Of a DNA stretch of 64,000 nucleotides, positions 27,352-40,720 are shown in pieces. How positions within the stretch are numbered: position 1 is the first letter of the stretch; every line of letters begins with the position of its first letter. The DNA comes from the human T2T-CHM13v2.0 reference genome, Homo sapiens. Location: NCBI RefSeq assembly GCF_009914755.1, contig NC_060928.1; one strand, given 5' to 3'. The position numbers were made by a program, and so were the translations under genes. Under the pieces are notes generated by a model. That model saw only the letters and a program-made list of their open reading frames with translations, was not told the origin of the DNA and ran no database searches.

Positions 27352-30300
27352 AGTATTTTTTATTTTTATGCATGCACAGTAGGTGTGTACATTTTTTTGA
27401 AAACATTATGAATTTATTTATATACATGTTCCACAAACATTTTTTTTAAATTATACTTTAAGTTCTGGGATACATGTGCAGAACGTGCAGGTTTGTTACT
27501 TAGGTATACATGTGCCATGGTGGTTTGCTGTACCCATCAACCCGTCATATACATTAGCTATTTCTTCTAATGCTATCCCTCCCTTACCTCCACCCCCCGA
27601 CAGGCCCCAGTGTGTGATATTCCTCTTCCTGTGTCCATGTTCTCATTGTTCAACTCCCACTTATGAATGAGAACATGCTGTGTTTGGTTTTCTGTTCTTG
27701 TGTTAATTTGCTGAGAATGAAGGTGTATACATTGATGGGGTGCATGAGATATTTCGATGCAAGCCTACAATGCATAATAAGCACATCAGGGTAAATGCAG
27801 TGTCCATTATTTCATTCAAATATCCAATATCCCAGCCTCTTGTAAATATTCTATTTTCTGTCTTCATAAGTTCAATTGTTTTAAGTTTTAGATCTCACAT
27901 GAGTGAGAACATGTGAACTTTGTCTTTCTGCGCCTGGCTTATTTCACTTAACGTAATGTCCTTTCATTCCATCCATGTCATTGCAAATGACAAGAACTTA
28001 ATTCTCTTTTATGCCCGAATAGTACCCCATTCTGTATGTGTACTGCATTTTCTTTGTCCTTTCATCTGTTGATGAAGAGCTTAGGTTGCTTCCAAATCTT
28101 GGCTATTGTGAATAGTGTTACAATAAATATAAGAGTGCAGATATCTCTTTGATATACTAATTTCCTTTCTTTTGGAAAGGAATCCAGCAGTGAGATTGCT
28201 AGATCATATGGTAGTCTATTTTTAGTTTTATGAGGAACCTCTAAATTGCTCTCTATAGTGGCTGTACTAATGTAATTTAGTCCCCAGCAGAAGTGTACAA
28301 GCATTCTGTGTTCTCCACACCCTCGCCAGCATTCATTATTGCCTGTCTTTTGGATATAAGCCATTTTAATTGGAGGGAGATGATAGATCATTGTAGTGTT
28401 GATTTGCATTTCCTTGATGATCAATGATATGGAGCACCTTTTCATGTACCTGTTTGTTGTTTGTATATCTTCTTTTGAGAAATGTCTATTCAGATCTTTT
28501 GCCTAGTTTTTTAAATCAGATTATTAGATTTTTTCCTATAGAGTTGTCTGAACTCCTTATATATCTGGTTATTAATCTCTTGTCAGATTGATAGTTTGCA
28601 AATATTTTCTCCCATTGTGTGAGTTGTCTCTTCACTTTTTTGATTGTATCCTTTTCTGTGCAGATGCTTTTTAACTTGATGTGATCAAATTTGTTCATTC
28701 TTGCTTTGGTTGTCTGTGCTTGTGGGGTATTACTCAATAAATTTTTGCACAGACCAATGTCGTGGAAAGTTTCCCCCATGTTTTCTTGTGGTAATTTCAG
28801 AGGTTGAGGTCTTAGATTTAATCCTTCAATCCATTTTGGTTTTATTTTTGTATGTGGTGAGAGATAGGGGTAGTTTCATTTTTCTGCATATGAATATCTA
28901 GTTTTCCCAGCACCATTTATTGAAGAGAATTTCTTTTCTCCAAAGTATATTTTTGGCATCTTTGTTGAAAATGAGTTCACTGTAGATGTATGGATTTGTT
29001 TTGGTTCTTGGTTCTCTATTCTGTTCTATTGGTCCATGTGTCTGTTTTTATGCCAGTACCATGCTGTTCCAGTTACAATAGCTCTGTAGTATTATTTAAA
29101 GTCAGGTGATGTGATTTTTAAAGTTTTTCTCTTTTTGCTTAGGATAGCTTTAGCTATCCTGTGTCTTGTGATTCTCTATACATTTCAGGATTATTTTTTC
29201 TATTTCTCTGATGAATGTCATTGGTATATTGATAGGGATTGCATTGAATATATGGATTAGTTTGGGTAGTATGGACTTTTAAACAATATTGATACTTCTA
29301 ATCCATGAACATTGAATATCTCCGTTTTTTGTGTCTTCTTCAGTTACTTGCATCAATGTTTTACAGTTTTCCTTGTACAGATCTTTCACTTCTTTGGTTA
29401 AGTTTATTCTCTGTTATTTTATTTTATTTGTAGCTGTTGTAAATGGGATTACTTTCTTGATTCCTTTTTCAGATTGTTTGCTGTTGGTATATACATATGC
29501 TGCTGAATTTTGTATGTTGACTTTTTTGTCTTGCAACTTTACTGAATTTGTTTATCAGTTCTAATAGTTTTCTTGTGGACTCATTAGGTTTTTCCAAATA
29601 TGAGATCATATAAGCTGAAAACGAGGATAATTTAACTAATTCCTTAGAATTTGGATGACCCTTTATATATTTCTCTTGTCTGATTGCTCTAGCTAGCACT
29701 TCCAGTACAATGTTGAATACAAGTGGTGAAAGTGGGCATCCTTGTCATATTCCAGATCTTAAAGGAAGGGCTTTAGATTTTTCTCATTCAATTTGATACT
29801 AGCTGTGGATTTGTCATATATGGCTTGTATTGTATTGCAGTATATTTTATCTATCCCCAGTTTTTTGATGGTTTTTGTCATGAAGGGATGTTGAATTTTA
29901 TCAAACACTTTTTAGGCATCTATTGAAATGATCATATTGATTTTGCCCTTCATTCTGTTTATATGATGTATCACATCGATTTGCAAATGTTGAATCATCC
30001 TTGCATCTCTGGGATAAACCCATTTGGTCATGATAAATGATTTTTTAATATATTGTTGAATTTACTAGTATTTTATTGAGGATTTTTGCATCAGTGTTCA
30101 ACAGGGATATTGGCCTGTAGTTTTATTTATTTATTGTTTGACATGTCTTTTTTTTTTTTTTTAATAACAGTGTAATATCCTTCAAACATGAATAAGAAAG
30201 ACTTTCCAGAAAAAAAGACTTTCCGTCTCTATGTTATCTTGAATTTCATTTAGCTTCCTCAAAACAGCCAGTTTGAATTCTCTGTCTCCCCCAGATTGGT

Positions 30301-32374
30301 TTCTGATGCCTTATTTAGTTCATTTGGTGAAGTCATGTTTTACTCTTGATGCTCGTGGATGTTCACTGATTTCTGGGCATTGAAGAGTTAGGTATTTATT
30401 GTAGTGTTCACAGTTTATGCTTGTTTGTACCCATTCTTCTGGAAAAGGCTTTCCAAATATTCAAATAGAATTGCATGTTATAGTCTAAGTCTTTGGTCAT
30501 CACTGTAATTGTGTCTGCATTGGGGGAACCCCAAGCCCAGTAATGCTGTGACTCTTGCACACTTGTAGAGATACCACTTTGGTGGTCTTGAATGAAATCC
30601 AGGTGAACTGCCTGGTTTACCAGGCGGGGAATCTTGTTCTTTTCCCTTACTTTCCCCTCAACAAGCAGAGTCTCTCTTTTCATGCTGATTTGCCTGGAGC
30701 TAGGGGAGGAGTGACACAAGCATCTTTGTGGCCACCACCACTAGGACTGCTCTGGGTCATACCTAAAGCCAACACAGTATTGGGTCTCTCCTAAGGCCCA
30801 TGGCGACCACTGCCTGGCTACTACTGATGGTCATTTAAGGCCCAAGGGTTCTTTAGTTAGCAGGTGGTGAATCCATGCAGGCTGGTGTCCTTTCCTTCAG
30901 GGTAGGGAGTTCCAGCTGGCCCAGGGTGGGTCCAGAAATGCCGTTTGGGGACCAAGGCCTGAGTCACAAACCTTAGGAATCTACTTGGTGCTTTATTCTG
31001 CTGCTTCTGAACTGACAGCCAACCTGAAAGACAATGGCTTTCCCACTCTTTCCTCTCCTTTCTTCAAGCAGGAGGAGTCTTTCCTCATGGCCACCACTAC
31101 TCCAGGCCTGTGGGGTACTACTTGGCTACTGCTGATGTTCACTCAAGGCCCAGTGCTCTTCAGTCAGCTTGTAGTAAACACTGTCAGGCCTGAGTCTCTC
31201 TCTTCACTGAAGTGGGCTCCCCTGTGGCACAGTGCAAGTCCAGAAATGCCATTCAGTAGCTAAGGCCTGGAATCAGGAACCCCATGAGCCTGCTTAGTAC
31301 TCTACACAACTGTGGCTGAGCTGCTACTCAAGCTTCAATATAAAGTCCCCTTTACTCTTCCCTCTTCTTTCCTCAAACAGAAGGAGCCTTTCCCCATAGC
31401 CACCGCAGCTGGGAATGTGCTGGGTCACACCTGAAGCCAGCAGGGTACTAGGTCTTCCCCAAGGCCTGCAATGAGTATTGCCTTCATCTGCTGATGTTTA
31501 CTCAAAGCCCAAGGGCTCTTTATTCAGCTGGTGATGAATCCTTCCAAAAACGGTCCTTCCCTTAGGAGTAGCAGCTTTCCTTTTTGTTCAGGGTGTGTCT
31601 AGAAGTATCATCCAGGCGCTGGGACCTGGGATGGGGGCCTCTGGACTCTGCCTGGTGTCCTATTCAAATGTGGCTGAGCTGGTATCCAAGTTCCAAGACG
31701 AAATCCTGTTTACTCTCCCCTATCCTCTCTTCAAGTAGAAGGAAGGAGACTCTCCCAGAGCTGCAAGCTGTACTGCATGGGGTTGGGGGAGGGTGACACA
31801 AGGACTCCCTCAGTCACCCAAGGCAGTGCCTCACTATGTCATGTACACCTCAAGTCCACTGGCTCTGGGCCCAGCACAGCACTAAGCTGTGCTCAGGAAT
31901 TGCAGTCCTTGCGGCCTAGACCGCCTTTCAAGTTTATGTAGGTTGCCAGAGTGCTTTAGCCTGCAATGGCGGTGCTTGCCAGAACTTAGGTTCCGACTGC
32001 TGGGATGGATGATTCCCCTCTGGCTAGGTCTCATCTAAGTGCTTCCTCTGTGGGTGCCAGCTGAATTTTGCCCTGTGTTGCTTTCTGCTGGAACAGACAC
32101 ACTGAGTTCCAATGCCAAGTCCCACAATCATTGCAAGCACACAGATTCTCTCCCCACCTGCTGCTGGGGAGTTGGGGAGGGGTGACATTAGCAATTCAAG
32201 ACTGTCTTTCCACCCCCTTCAGTGCCTCTGTCCTCAATATAATGTTACAACCAGGTACTGTGATTGATCACCTGATTTTTGTATCTTATGGAGGTGCTTT
32301 CTTATGTAGATAGGTGTTCCTGTGGGGAGGATGAATACTGAAGGGTTCTATTCAGCCATCTTGCTCTACCTACC
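27352..32374 (-). mobile_element. L1MA (MA2/3-like, L1M2-type 5' end) with both ends present and a large internal ORF1/ORF2 deletion
   Basis: 3' end cacagtaggtgtgtacat...gatggggtgcatgagatattt; ORF2 peptides at 28062-28445, 28516-28779 and 29469-29699; 5' terminus reads GAGCAAGATGGCTGAATAGAA on the minus strand (about 32347-32367). Confidence 0.88.
27392..27720 (-). mobile_element. Short L1PA (about PA6-8) 3'UTR insertion with 3'-transduced flank, nested in L1MA
   Basis: ttatactttaagttctgggatacatgtgcagaacgtgcagg; TSD aggtgt(g/a)tacatt at 27381-27393 and 27721-27733. Confidence 0.9.
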
Positions 32375-34164
32375 TTTCCTAAAATCATATTTTAATTTAT
32401 CAAATCAGTAATTAGTTTGTCACCTTCCTTAAAAGATAACATACACATATTTAATGAAAATTAAAAGAGAGCAAGCAAGAACAGAAATAAGAATAAATAA
32501 AAAAGAAGAACCTAGAATGAGGCCAATAATGCATATCATATACTTTACACAGTGGGATCATGGATTTAACTTTCAGTTTTCTATAAACCCACGTCAAAAT
32601 TGTTACACAATTCACGATGTCCGTAAATTTAAAACAACCAGTTATTCTTTGAGATAATACGTTGTTCTCAGTTTTCTTCAGTAGTAATATCAGAGTAGAA
32701 ATTTTCCAAGTGGAGTGGCTATTCCAGACACTGTGTGACATAATACAATTATTCTCAGCAACATCCTTTCAGGCGATTCCACAGTGGTTTTCATGGACTG
32801 TTTTTTTTGCGTGTAGTCTCTGATGGCCACACAGCAAAAGATGGTCCAGCCAAAGCAATTTTATAAGTTTGTAGAGTGTAACAGAGGCATTTCCTCACTG
32901 ACTGGATCAAGGAGTATGTGTATATTTGGGATTTGAAGTAGCTTTTTTATTTCTGAAACAATGTTCTCTTAAATGGCGTTAAACATAACCTAACAATGCA
33001 TTCGGAATTCTGCTGTTTTCCTTGCGCCTATGGTAAATTCTAATGTCAGTTAAAGTCAGACCACAGGACTTAAAAGATAATCCAAATGAGATTATAGGTG
33101 TCATATATTTAGGTCAAAAATAGAGAGCCTAGAAAGGACAACAGCTTAATTTGAAGCTATCCTGACCTCCTTTGGAGGTCAATTAAATAGAATACAGATA
33201 GGGTAATTTTATATTATTTAATTTTCACATATATCAGTTTTGGTGGTTTAAATAACTTCTAATATATTTGAAAAATGAATAGCAAATTAAATAAAGCATT
33301 TTCTAATAATACAAATTTTTCCAAAAGGGAAATTAATATAATATATAGATAGATAGATATAATTTGATAGGTCTCTCTGAAGTCAACTGTATTTCCTACT
33401 GGATATGTGAGAAAATGCTCATATGAAAATTTAGCACCCCTTAATCCCTATAATGCTGTAGAAAATTCGAATATTTAAAAATAGAAGATTACTTGCTGTC
33501 GTTGATCACATGGGAATGGAATTCAACAATTCAAATGTTAGTATTCTTACTTTTATACTATGAAGGCTAAATAGAGTAGGAAAATGCATATTTATATCCA
33601 AGATTATTATGTCTTTATGATAGCAGTATATCTTCTATGTTTCATTTACACAGGATTATGTACCTCTTCATTTTTAATATTTACTGAGCCCTATGTAAGT
33701 GGGCACCCCATCTGCAGTTTTCCTAGAGGTTTCTTTCTGTTCCTGGGCCACCAAACCGGATTTGTGTTTTCATTATCAGGGTTGATAAGATCCTTGGGAC
33801 ATTTCACAAATTTCCTTATAGGGTATGTAAATTATTTCAACCTGAGTGTAGCTTTGTGATCGAAGGAGTTTATGACAGAAAATAGTAAAATGTAACTATT
33901 CAAAACAGAAAGGGTCAAACTTAACTGGAAGCAGTATCCATGGAGATGATGGGGGAGATGTGAAGAAGATAGATGTGCCTTTTACAGTGGAAGAATGTGC
34001 TACAAGTGTCATGAGTATTCATCTGTCTAGAACAGAGTAGATAATAGTTCCCTTCTTCATTTATGTCATACCCTACTTGAGTCTGTCTGGAATGAGACCC
34101 TGTCTGGAACACAATAAACCAGAGTGAGACTATGTGAATCACAACATACGATGACTGATTGAAG

Positions 34165-34430
34165 GTGCTAGCATGTTGAGCCTAGAGAAGAAAAGCTTTT
34201 CACTATTTTCTACAAGAACTTTCCGAGCTTTCATATAAAATGTACTTTAGGTTTTCCATGCCATTGCAGAGAAGAGTACTAGGGTCCATGGATGAAAGTG
34301 TAGTGAGGAAGACTAACTCATTGTGAGGAAGAACTCTCTGTGATTGATTCTGGAATTGTCTGCCTCAAGAAGTGGTTTGTTCTCCATCACTGGAAGTATC
34401 TAGACATAGGATATATTTGTCAGGAATATT
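34165..34430 (+). mobile_element. L3/CR1 3' fragment
   Basis: atgttgagcctagagaagaaaag...gtgaggaagaactctct...tggaattgtctgcct...tctccatcactggaagtat resembles the CR1/L3 3' end. Confidence 0.6.
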
Positions 34431-35851
34431 GCATAGAGAGATTTTATCAGAGTAGCTTGACAGACTACGTTCTTTTTATCCTTGCATTTCCTTTGGACCT
34501 TATGATAGATTTTGTTGTTGTATCTGAGATTGTTTGGTATAGTTTTAGAGACTGGAATTGGTGTGCCATGTGAGAAGATAATAGCAGGCATATGAGACTT
34601 CACAAGGAAGTTTTGTTGACTAATGGGAATTAAGGATTATATTCCATGTCTTCATAGTGAAAGGAATATTACTAATGGTGGATCCTACTTGCTATGAAAG
34701 TGTACCGCAAAATTATTCTATTAAATTCTCAGTTTCCTTTAAATTAATAATTCTTGGAGGATAAATAATGGCAATGTGTACAGGTAACCATCATTATTTA
34801 AAACACCTTTTGTGTGTGGGCAACAAACATTTAACTAGGTAAATATGAAAACACTAAATGTTGACCTTACCAAAAATTCAGAGAATCCTATATCAATGAA
34901 TTAAAAATTTCTCAAAATACTAAAGATGTGGCAATAAAAAAAGTCTTGACATTTTCCCATTTTCAATATTAAATTATAATCAATTTGTTATTATAGGGCT
35001 AAAGATTTCAGTACACATTTCTGGGCATCTGATTTTATTTTATTTATGAAATGCTACTACTATTTAAATTTTCTCAGCTTTTTTTTGGTTTGTTTACATT
35101 TTTGAATTTGTTTAACTGACATAAGTATCATTTTGTTTTTCTAACTGTGAAGTGTACAGATAGTCTTGAACAAGTGCTATCTACTAGAAGATTATTAAGA
35201 ATAATACATTGCATCATAATGGTTATGGAATCTCTCTTAGGTTGCTTGTGTGTGTGAATGTATATATGTAGCTATAAATGTGTGTTAAATATGTATTAGA
35301 CATATTAGACTTATTTCTACATACATTTAATATTGAAGACAAAGGAAAACAATCTCCTAAATGCCTGATACTTTCATAATTTATTAAGGAATGATTTATT
35401 TATGATATAAGAATAATGTCTGTTGGGCCAATAAGTGGCATATTTATTTAAAATTATGTGTATAATGTTTATCATATGAAATAATAGGTAATGAATGCTT
35501 TATGTACTAAATACAATAGTATAAAATATATTAGCAAGTTTGATTTAGCTGTAGATTTGGCTATAACAATTTTTAAACAACTCAAACAAATGTATAAATT
35601 CTTAAAATGTGAGTAAATTTTGAAGGACAGATTCTAGTTAATTTATAAGTTATGTGTCTATAATTGACTAAGATGTTCGTATTTGAATCATGTGGGTCTT
35701 ATACCAATTAAAGAGAAATTTTACTTTAAATTGTAAGATTCTTTAAATTCAAAATAAATATTCGGTGCACTGAACTTGGGCTATGACTAGCATTTCACCG
35801 ACGAATGATTGGAAAAAAAATGATTCATTTATATTTCTCTAGGAATGCTTA

Positions 35852-36139
35852 TTTTTAGTTTTTGTTTTGAGACAGATTCTCGCCCTGTAGCCCAGCCTGG
35901 AGTGCAGTGGCACAATTTTGGCTCATTGCAACCTCCCCCACCCAGGTTCAAGCGATTCTCATGTCTTGGCCTCCCATGAAGCTGGGATTACAGGCATGCC
36001 TCAAATAGCCCAGCTAATTTTTGTAGACAGGGTTTTGCCTTGTTCCCCAGGCTGGTCTCAAACTCCTGGCCTCAAGTGATCTGCCTGCCTTGGCCTTCCA
36101 AAGTGCTGGGATTACAGGCGTGAGCTACTGGGCCCAGCT
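35852..36139 (-). mobile_element. AluJ-like element
   Basis: Dimer with a shortened linker; TSD ga(a/c)tgctta. Confidence 0.9.
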
Positions 36140-37149
36140 GACTGCTTAAAGGACTATTATTAAATGTTTGAGTGGTTCTGGAATCAACGTCTTTAATATG
36201 CTGATATTTGATTATTCATATGTCCTTTTCTGTTTAACCTCAAAGGTTTCACTAACAAAATCAATATACAGAAGGTATTACTCAGACATGAAAACACATT
36301 TAATACTTCCTTCTTTCTATATTACATCTACATGGCAACTTGTGGATATTGAGGCTCCAATAAATTGGATTGCTTCGGCTCAAGGTAAATCACCACTTTA
36401 AGAATTAATACCTAAAGAAAACAAAATTGCTTAGATGTTTTGTTGCTTATTAAAATGATTTATATCTCAGTATTAGTTTCAGATCCATACAGTCTTTCTT
36501 TGAACTCTTTTTACTAGCATTTTTTTCTTGAGCCAAGATTACATGCATTTTTTAAAGTTCATTTTTCTGATTTTATTCATTGGACTTTAGCTGGGCTTAG
36601 TGTGCCACAATAAATAATCTCCAAGAGTATTTAAGGCTGTTAAGTATTTCCTAAGACTATTTATGACTTTCCATCGTTGGTATTGTAGTTATTTTATACG
36701 TACATATGCCAGAAATAACATAAAAATGTATGCCAATAAATTTCATGAATATCTCACCTTTTTTTTTCCTCTTAATATCAGGATACAATTTATCTGCTGG
36801 TTTGTGCTTCTAAACACTAAACCAACTATGTCACACAAAGCTTACTTTAAAAAAAGAAAGCAGAGGGACAGTATGATGTATTTGTCATTAAAAGAAAAAT
36901 AGGCTGCCAGGAATCTCGGAGCACATATACTCAGATGCAATGATTGATTATCATCTTATCGCATATTTTTTTTTGTGCTCCCATAATCCCTGTCCTTTAT
37001 CTTAATATCTAACACCAATTTTCTTGTCATTTTCTTTGTTTTTATTTAATAGTGTATATGTGATGAGGCATCTAAAGTCAATATTGGCATTATACTGTAA
37101 GGATTCTATTAATTTTTATAAAATAATATTCATTTGGCAGTTTACCTTC

Positions 37150-37176
37150 TGTGTGTGTGTGTGTGTGTGTGTGTGT
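37150..37176. repeat. (TG)n microsatellite
   Basis: Seen directly. Confidence 0.9.
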
Positions 37177-37518
37177 TTCTATACTAGTATTTTAGCCATG
37201 GGCACATGTTCGTGCTGTTTTTCCCAACTCTTCGTTGGCTACCATGGAATCTATTTAACTAATGTCTTCTTTTAACTGAAGAATCCCAGTCGTTCTAGGA
37301 GAAAGTTGTATTTTTGAATTCTCTTCTTTGATCTGATATAACCCTCAAGAAGAAAATCTGTAGATACATGAATGCTTATTCTTTTACCAATGTCCCCTGT
37401 GCATCTATTCATGTAATATCCCATGAAACAATATCAACATTTGGTTTTCTAGATTATTGCCAGCACTGTGAGATAGTCACAGTATATCCTGCCTTCTCTC
37501 CAACACTGGTGTCTTGCA

Positions 37519-37971
37519 TTTCATGCGCGTCCCTGTGAAGAGACCACCAAACAGGATTTGTGTGAGCAACATGGCTGTTTATTTCACCTGGGGGCAGGTG
37601 GGCTGAGTCCGAAAAGAGAGTCAGCGAAGGGAGATAAGGGTGGGGCCGTTTTACAGGATTTGGGTAGGTAAAGGAAAATTACAGTCAAAGGGGGCTTGTT
37701 CTCTGGCGGGCAGGAGTGGGGGTTGCAAGGTGCTCAGTGGGGGTGCTTTTTGAGCCAGGATGAGCCAGGAAAAGGACTTTCACAAGGTAATGTCATCACT
37801 TAAGGCAAGGACCGGCCATTTACACTTCTTTTGTGGTGGAATATCATCAGTTAAGGTGGGGCAGGGCATATTCACTTCTTTTGTGATTCTTCAGTTACTT
37901 CAGGCCATCTGGGCGTATATGTGCAAGTCACAGGGGTTGCAATGGCTTGGCTTGGGCTCAGAGGCCTGACA
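37519..37971 (-). mobile_element. HERV-H 3' LTR (LTR7, LTR7up-like)
   Basis: Preceded by PPT aagaaggcgggaa (37984-37972); AATAAA intact at 37583-37578; TATA box reads TGTAAAA (37655-37649). Confidence 0.97.
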
Positions 37972-39074
37972 TTCCCGCCTTCTTATATTAATAAGAAAAA
38001 TAAAACAAAATAATGTTAAAGTGTTGGGGTGGTGAAAATTTTTAGGGGGTGGTATGGAGAGAGAATGGGCGATGTTTCTCAGGGCTGCTTCAAGCGGGAT
38101 TAGGGGCGGCGTGGGAACCTAGAGTGGGAGAGATTAAGCTGAAGGGAGGTCTTGTGGTAAGGGGTGATATTGTGAAATGACTGCGGTGGCCTTCTCAGAC
38201 CCTGTAGGAAAGGCCTCTACCTATCCAGTGAAAGTGTCTACCTAGACTAAGAGGTATTTCAGTTATCTGACTCAGGGCATGTTGAGTAAAGCTAATTTGC
38301 CAGTCCTGGGTGGGGCAAATCCTCGAGCTTGATGTGTAGGGAAGGGAGGGGGCCTGAATAATCCCTGAGGAGTAGTAGAATAGCAGATGGAACACTGAGA
38401 AGTTATTTCCTTGAGGATAGATTTCCACGATGGAAAGGAAATGGAGGTTCTGAGAGGCGGGCTAGTGGCTTGTACTATAGCATAGCCTGCCTTTGCTGGT
38501 GTGTGGTGATTAGGCCTGGTGGAACCGCCATCAATAAATCAAGCGTGATCAGGGTGAGGAACAGGAAAGAAGGAAATTTGGGGAAATGGGGTGAATGTCA
38601 GGTGGATCAGAGAGATACAGTTATGGGGGTCAAGTGTGGTATCAGGAATAATGTGGGAGGCTGAAGTCTGGGCCAGGAACAACGGTAATTGTGGGAGACT
38701 CAATAAAGAGTGAGTATAGCTGAAGGAGCCGGGAAGCAGAAAGTATATGCCTCAGGTATGAGGAAGAAAATAGATTTTGGAAGTTATGAGAACTGTAGAG
38801 AGCGAATTGAGCATAGTTTGTGATTTTGAGGGCCTCTAAAAGTATTAAAGCAGCGGCAGCCGCTGCACGCAAACATGAGGGCTAGGCTAAAACAGTAAGG
38901 TCAAGTTGTTTGGACAGAAAGGCTACAGGGTGCGGTCCTGGCTCTTGTATAAGAATTCTGACCGCACTAACCATGCCTAGGAAGGAAAGGAGTTGTTGTT
39001 TTATAGAAGGTGTTTGGGTTTGAGAGATCGGTCGGACAAGATTGGCAGGGAGAGCACGTGTGTTTTTATGAGAA

Positions 39075-39593
39075 TTATGCCGAGATAGGTAACAGATGAG
39101 GAAGAAATTTGGGCTTGATTGAAGTAATGGGGGCTGTCTGTGAAGCTTTGCAGCAGTACAGCCTAGGTAATTTGCGGAGCTTGATGGGTGTCAGGGTCAG
39201 TCCAAGTGAAAGCGAAGAGAGGCTGGGATTAAGGGGCAAAGGAATAGTAAAGAAAGCATGTTTGAGATCTAGAACGGAATAATGGATAGTAGAGGCAGGT
39301 ATTGAGGATAGGAGAGTATATGGGTTTGGCACCACGGGGTGGATAGGCAAAACAATTTTGTTGATAAGGCGCAGATCCTGAGCTAACTTGTAAGGCTCGT
39401 CTGGTTTTAGGACAGGTAAAATGGGGGAATTGTAAGGAGAGTTTATAGGCTTTGAAAGGCCATGCTGTAGCAGGCGAGTGATAACAGGCTTTAATCTTTT
39501 TAAAGCGTGCTGAGGGATGGGATATTGGCATTGAGTGGGGTAAGGGTGATTAGGTTTTAATGAGATGGTAAGGGGTGCATGATCGGTCGCCAA
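39075..39593 (-). pseudogene. pol: HERV-H reverse transcriptase remnant
   Basis: SPYNSPILPVLKPD...QDLRLINKIVLPIHPVVPNPYTLLS...YSVLDLKHAFFTIPL are gammaretroviral RT motifs; a frameshift follows. Confidence 0.93.
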
Positions 39594-39746
39594 GGAGGGA
39601 GTAGAGGTATCTTATACTTGTGGGTTAAGGTGGGGGGATACAAGAGGAGGACGCAAAGGAGGCTTTGGATTGGGAAGAAGGGAGGCAATGAGATACAGCT
39701 GTAGTCCAGGAATAGTCAGGGAAGCAGATAATTTAGTTAAAGTGTC

Positions 39747-39944
39747 TCAGCCTAATAAGGGAACTGGGCAGGTGGGGATAACTAAAAAGGAGTGCTTAAA
39801 AGAGTATTGTCTAAGTTGGCACCAGAGTTGGGGAGTTGTAAGAGGTTTAGAAGCCTGGCCGTCAATAACCACAACAGTTATGGAGGCAAGGGAAACAGGC
39901 CCTTGAAAAGAAGGTAATGTGGAGTGGGTGCCTCCATATTGATT
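39747..39944 (-). pseudogene. pro: HERV-H protease remnant
   Basis: [25 protein letters not shown]...HSFLVIPTCPVPLLG. Confidence 0.88.
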
Positions 39945-39957
39945 AAGAAGGGGACGG

Positions 39958-40343
<386 letters not shown>

Positions 40344-40483
40344 CTAGGGGGCTTCCGAGGCGATCGGGCGGTGTTAGTTTTCAGCCGCTAAGCCGAGAAG
40401 ATCTGGGAAGGAGTCAGACAGCCTTGCGCCAGAGTTCCAGGGGCTCTGAGAGTGGCTCCCAGGTGAGTTGGACAGTCCGATTT

Positions 40484-40720
40484 TCAGTGGGGTCCTACAC
40501 AGATGGGACGCGGCTTAGGAGGAATTCCGGGCTGCGGGCATTCCTTGGCCCGGTGGCCAGATTTCCGGCAAGTGTAGCAAGCTCCTGGGGGAGGAGGTTC
40601 TGGAGGAACGCCTGGCCGCTGCGGTTCAGGCGTTTGGAAGTTCTTGTGTGCTGGAGATGTGGCTGGGGTTTGTCTCACAGTGGAGGCAAGGAATTGCAAC
40701 TTTTTTCTATTAGTGTACAC
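40484..40720 (-). pseudogene. gag: HERV-H gag remnant, nucleocapsid zinc knuckle
   Basis: CYTCRKSGHRAKEC fits CX2CX4HX4C. Confidence 0.92.

Noticed and set aside
33641-33700. Possible 41-nt plus-strand exon (ttcatttacacAG ... CTAT|GTAAGT)
   Set aside because: AT-rich, non-coding-like content with no supporting neighbouring exons; consistent with a chance pseudo-exon.
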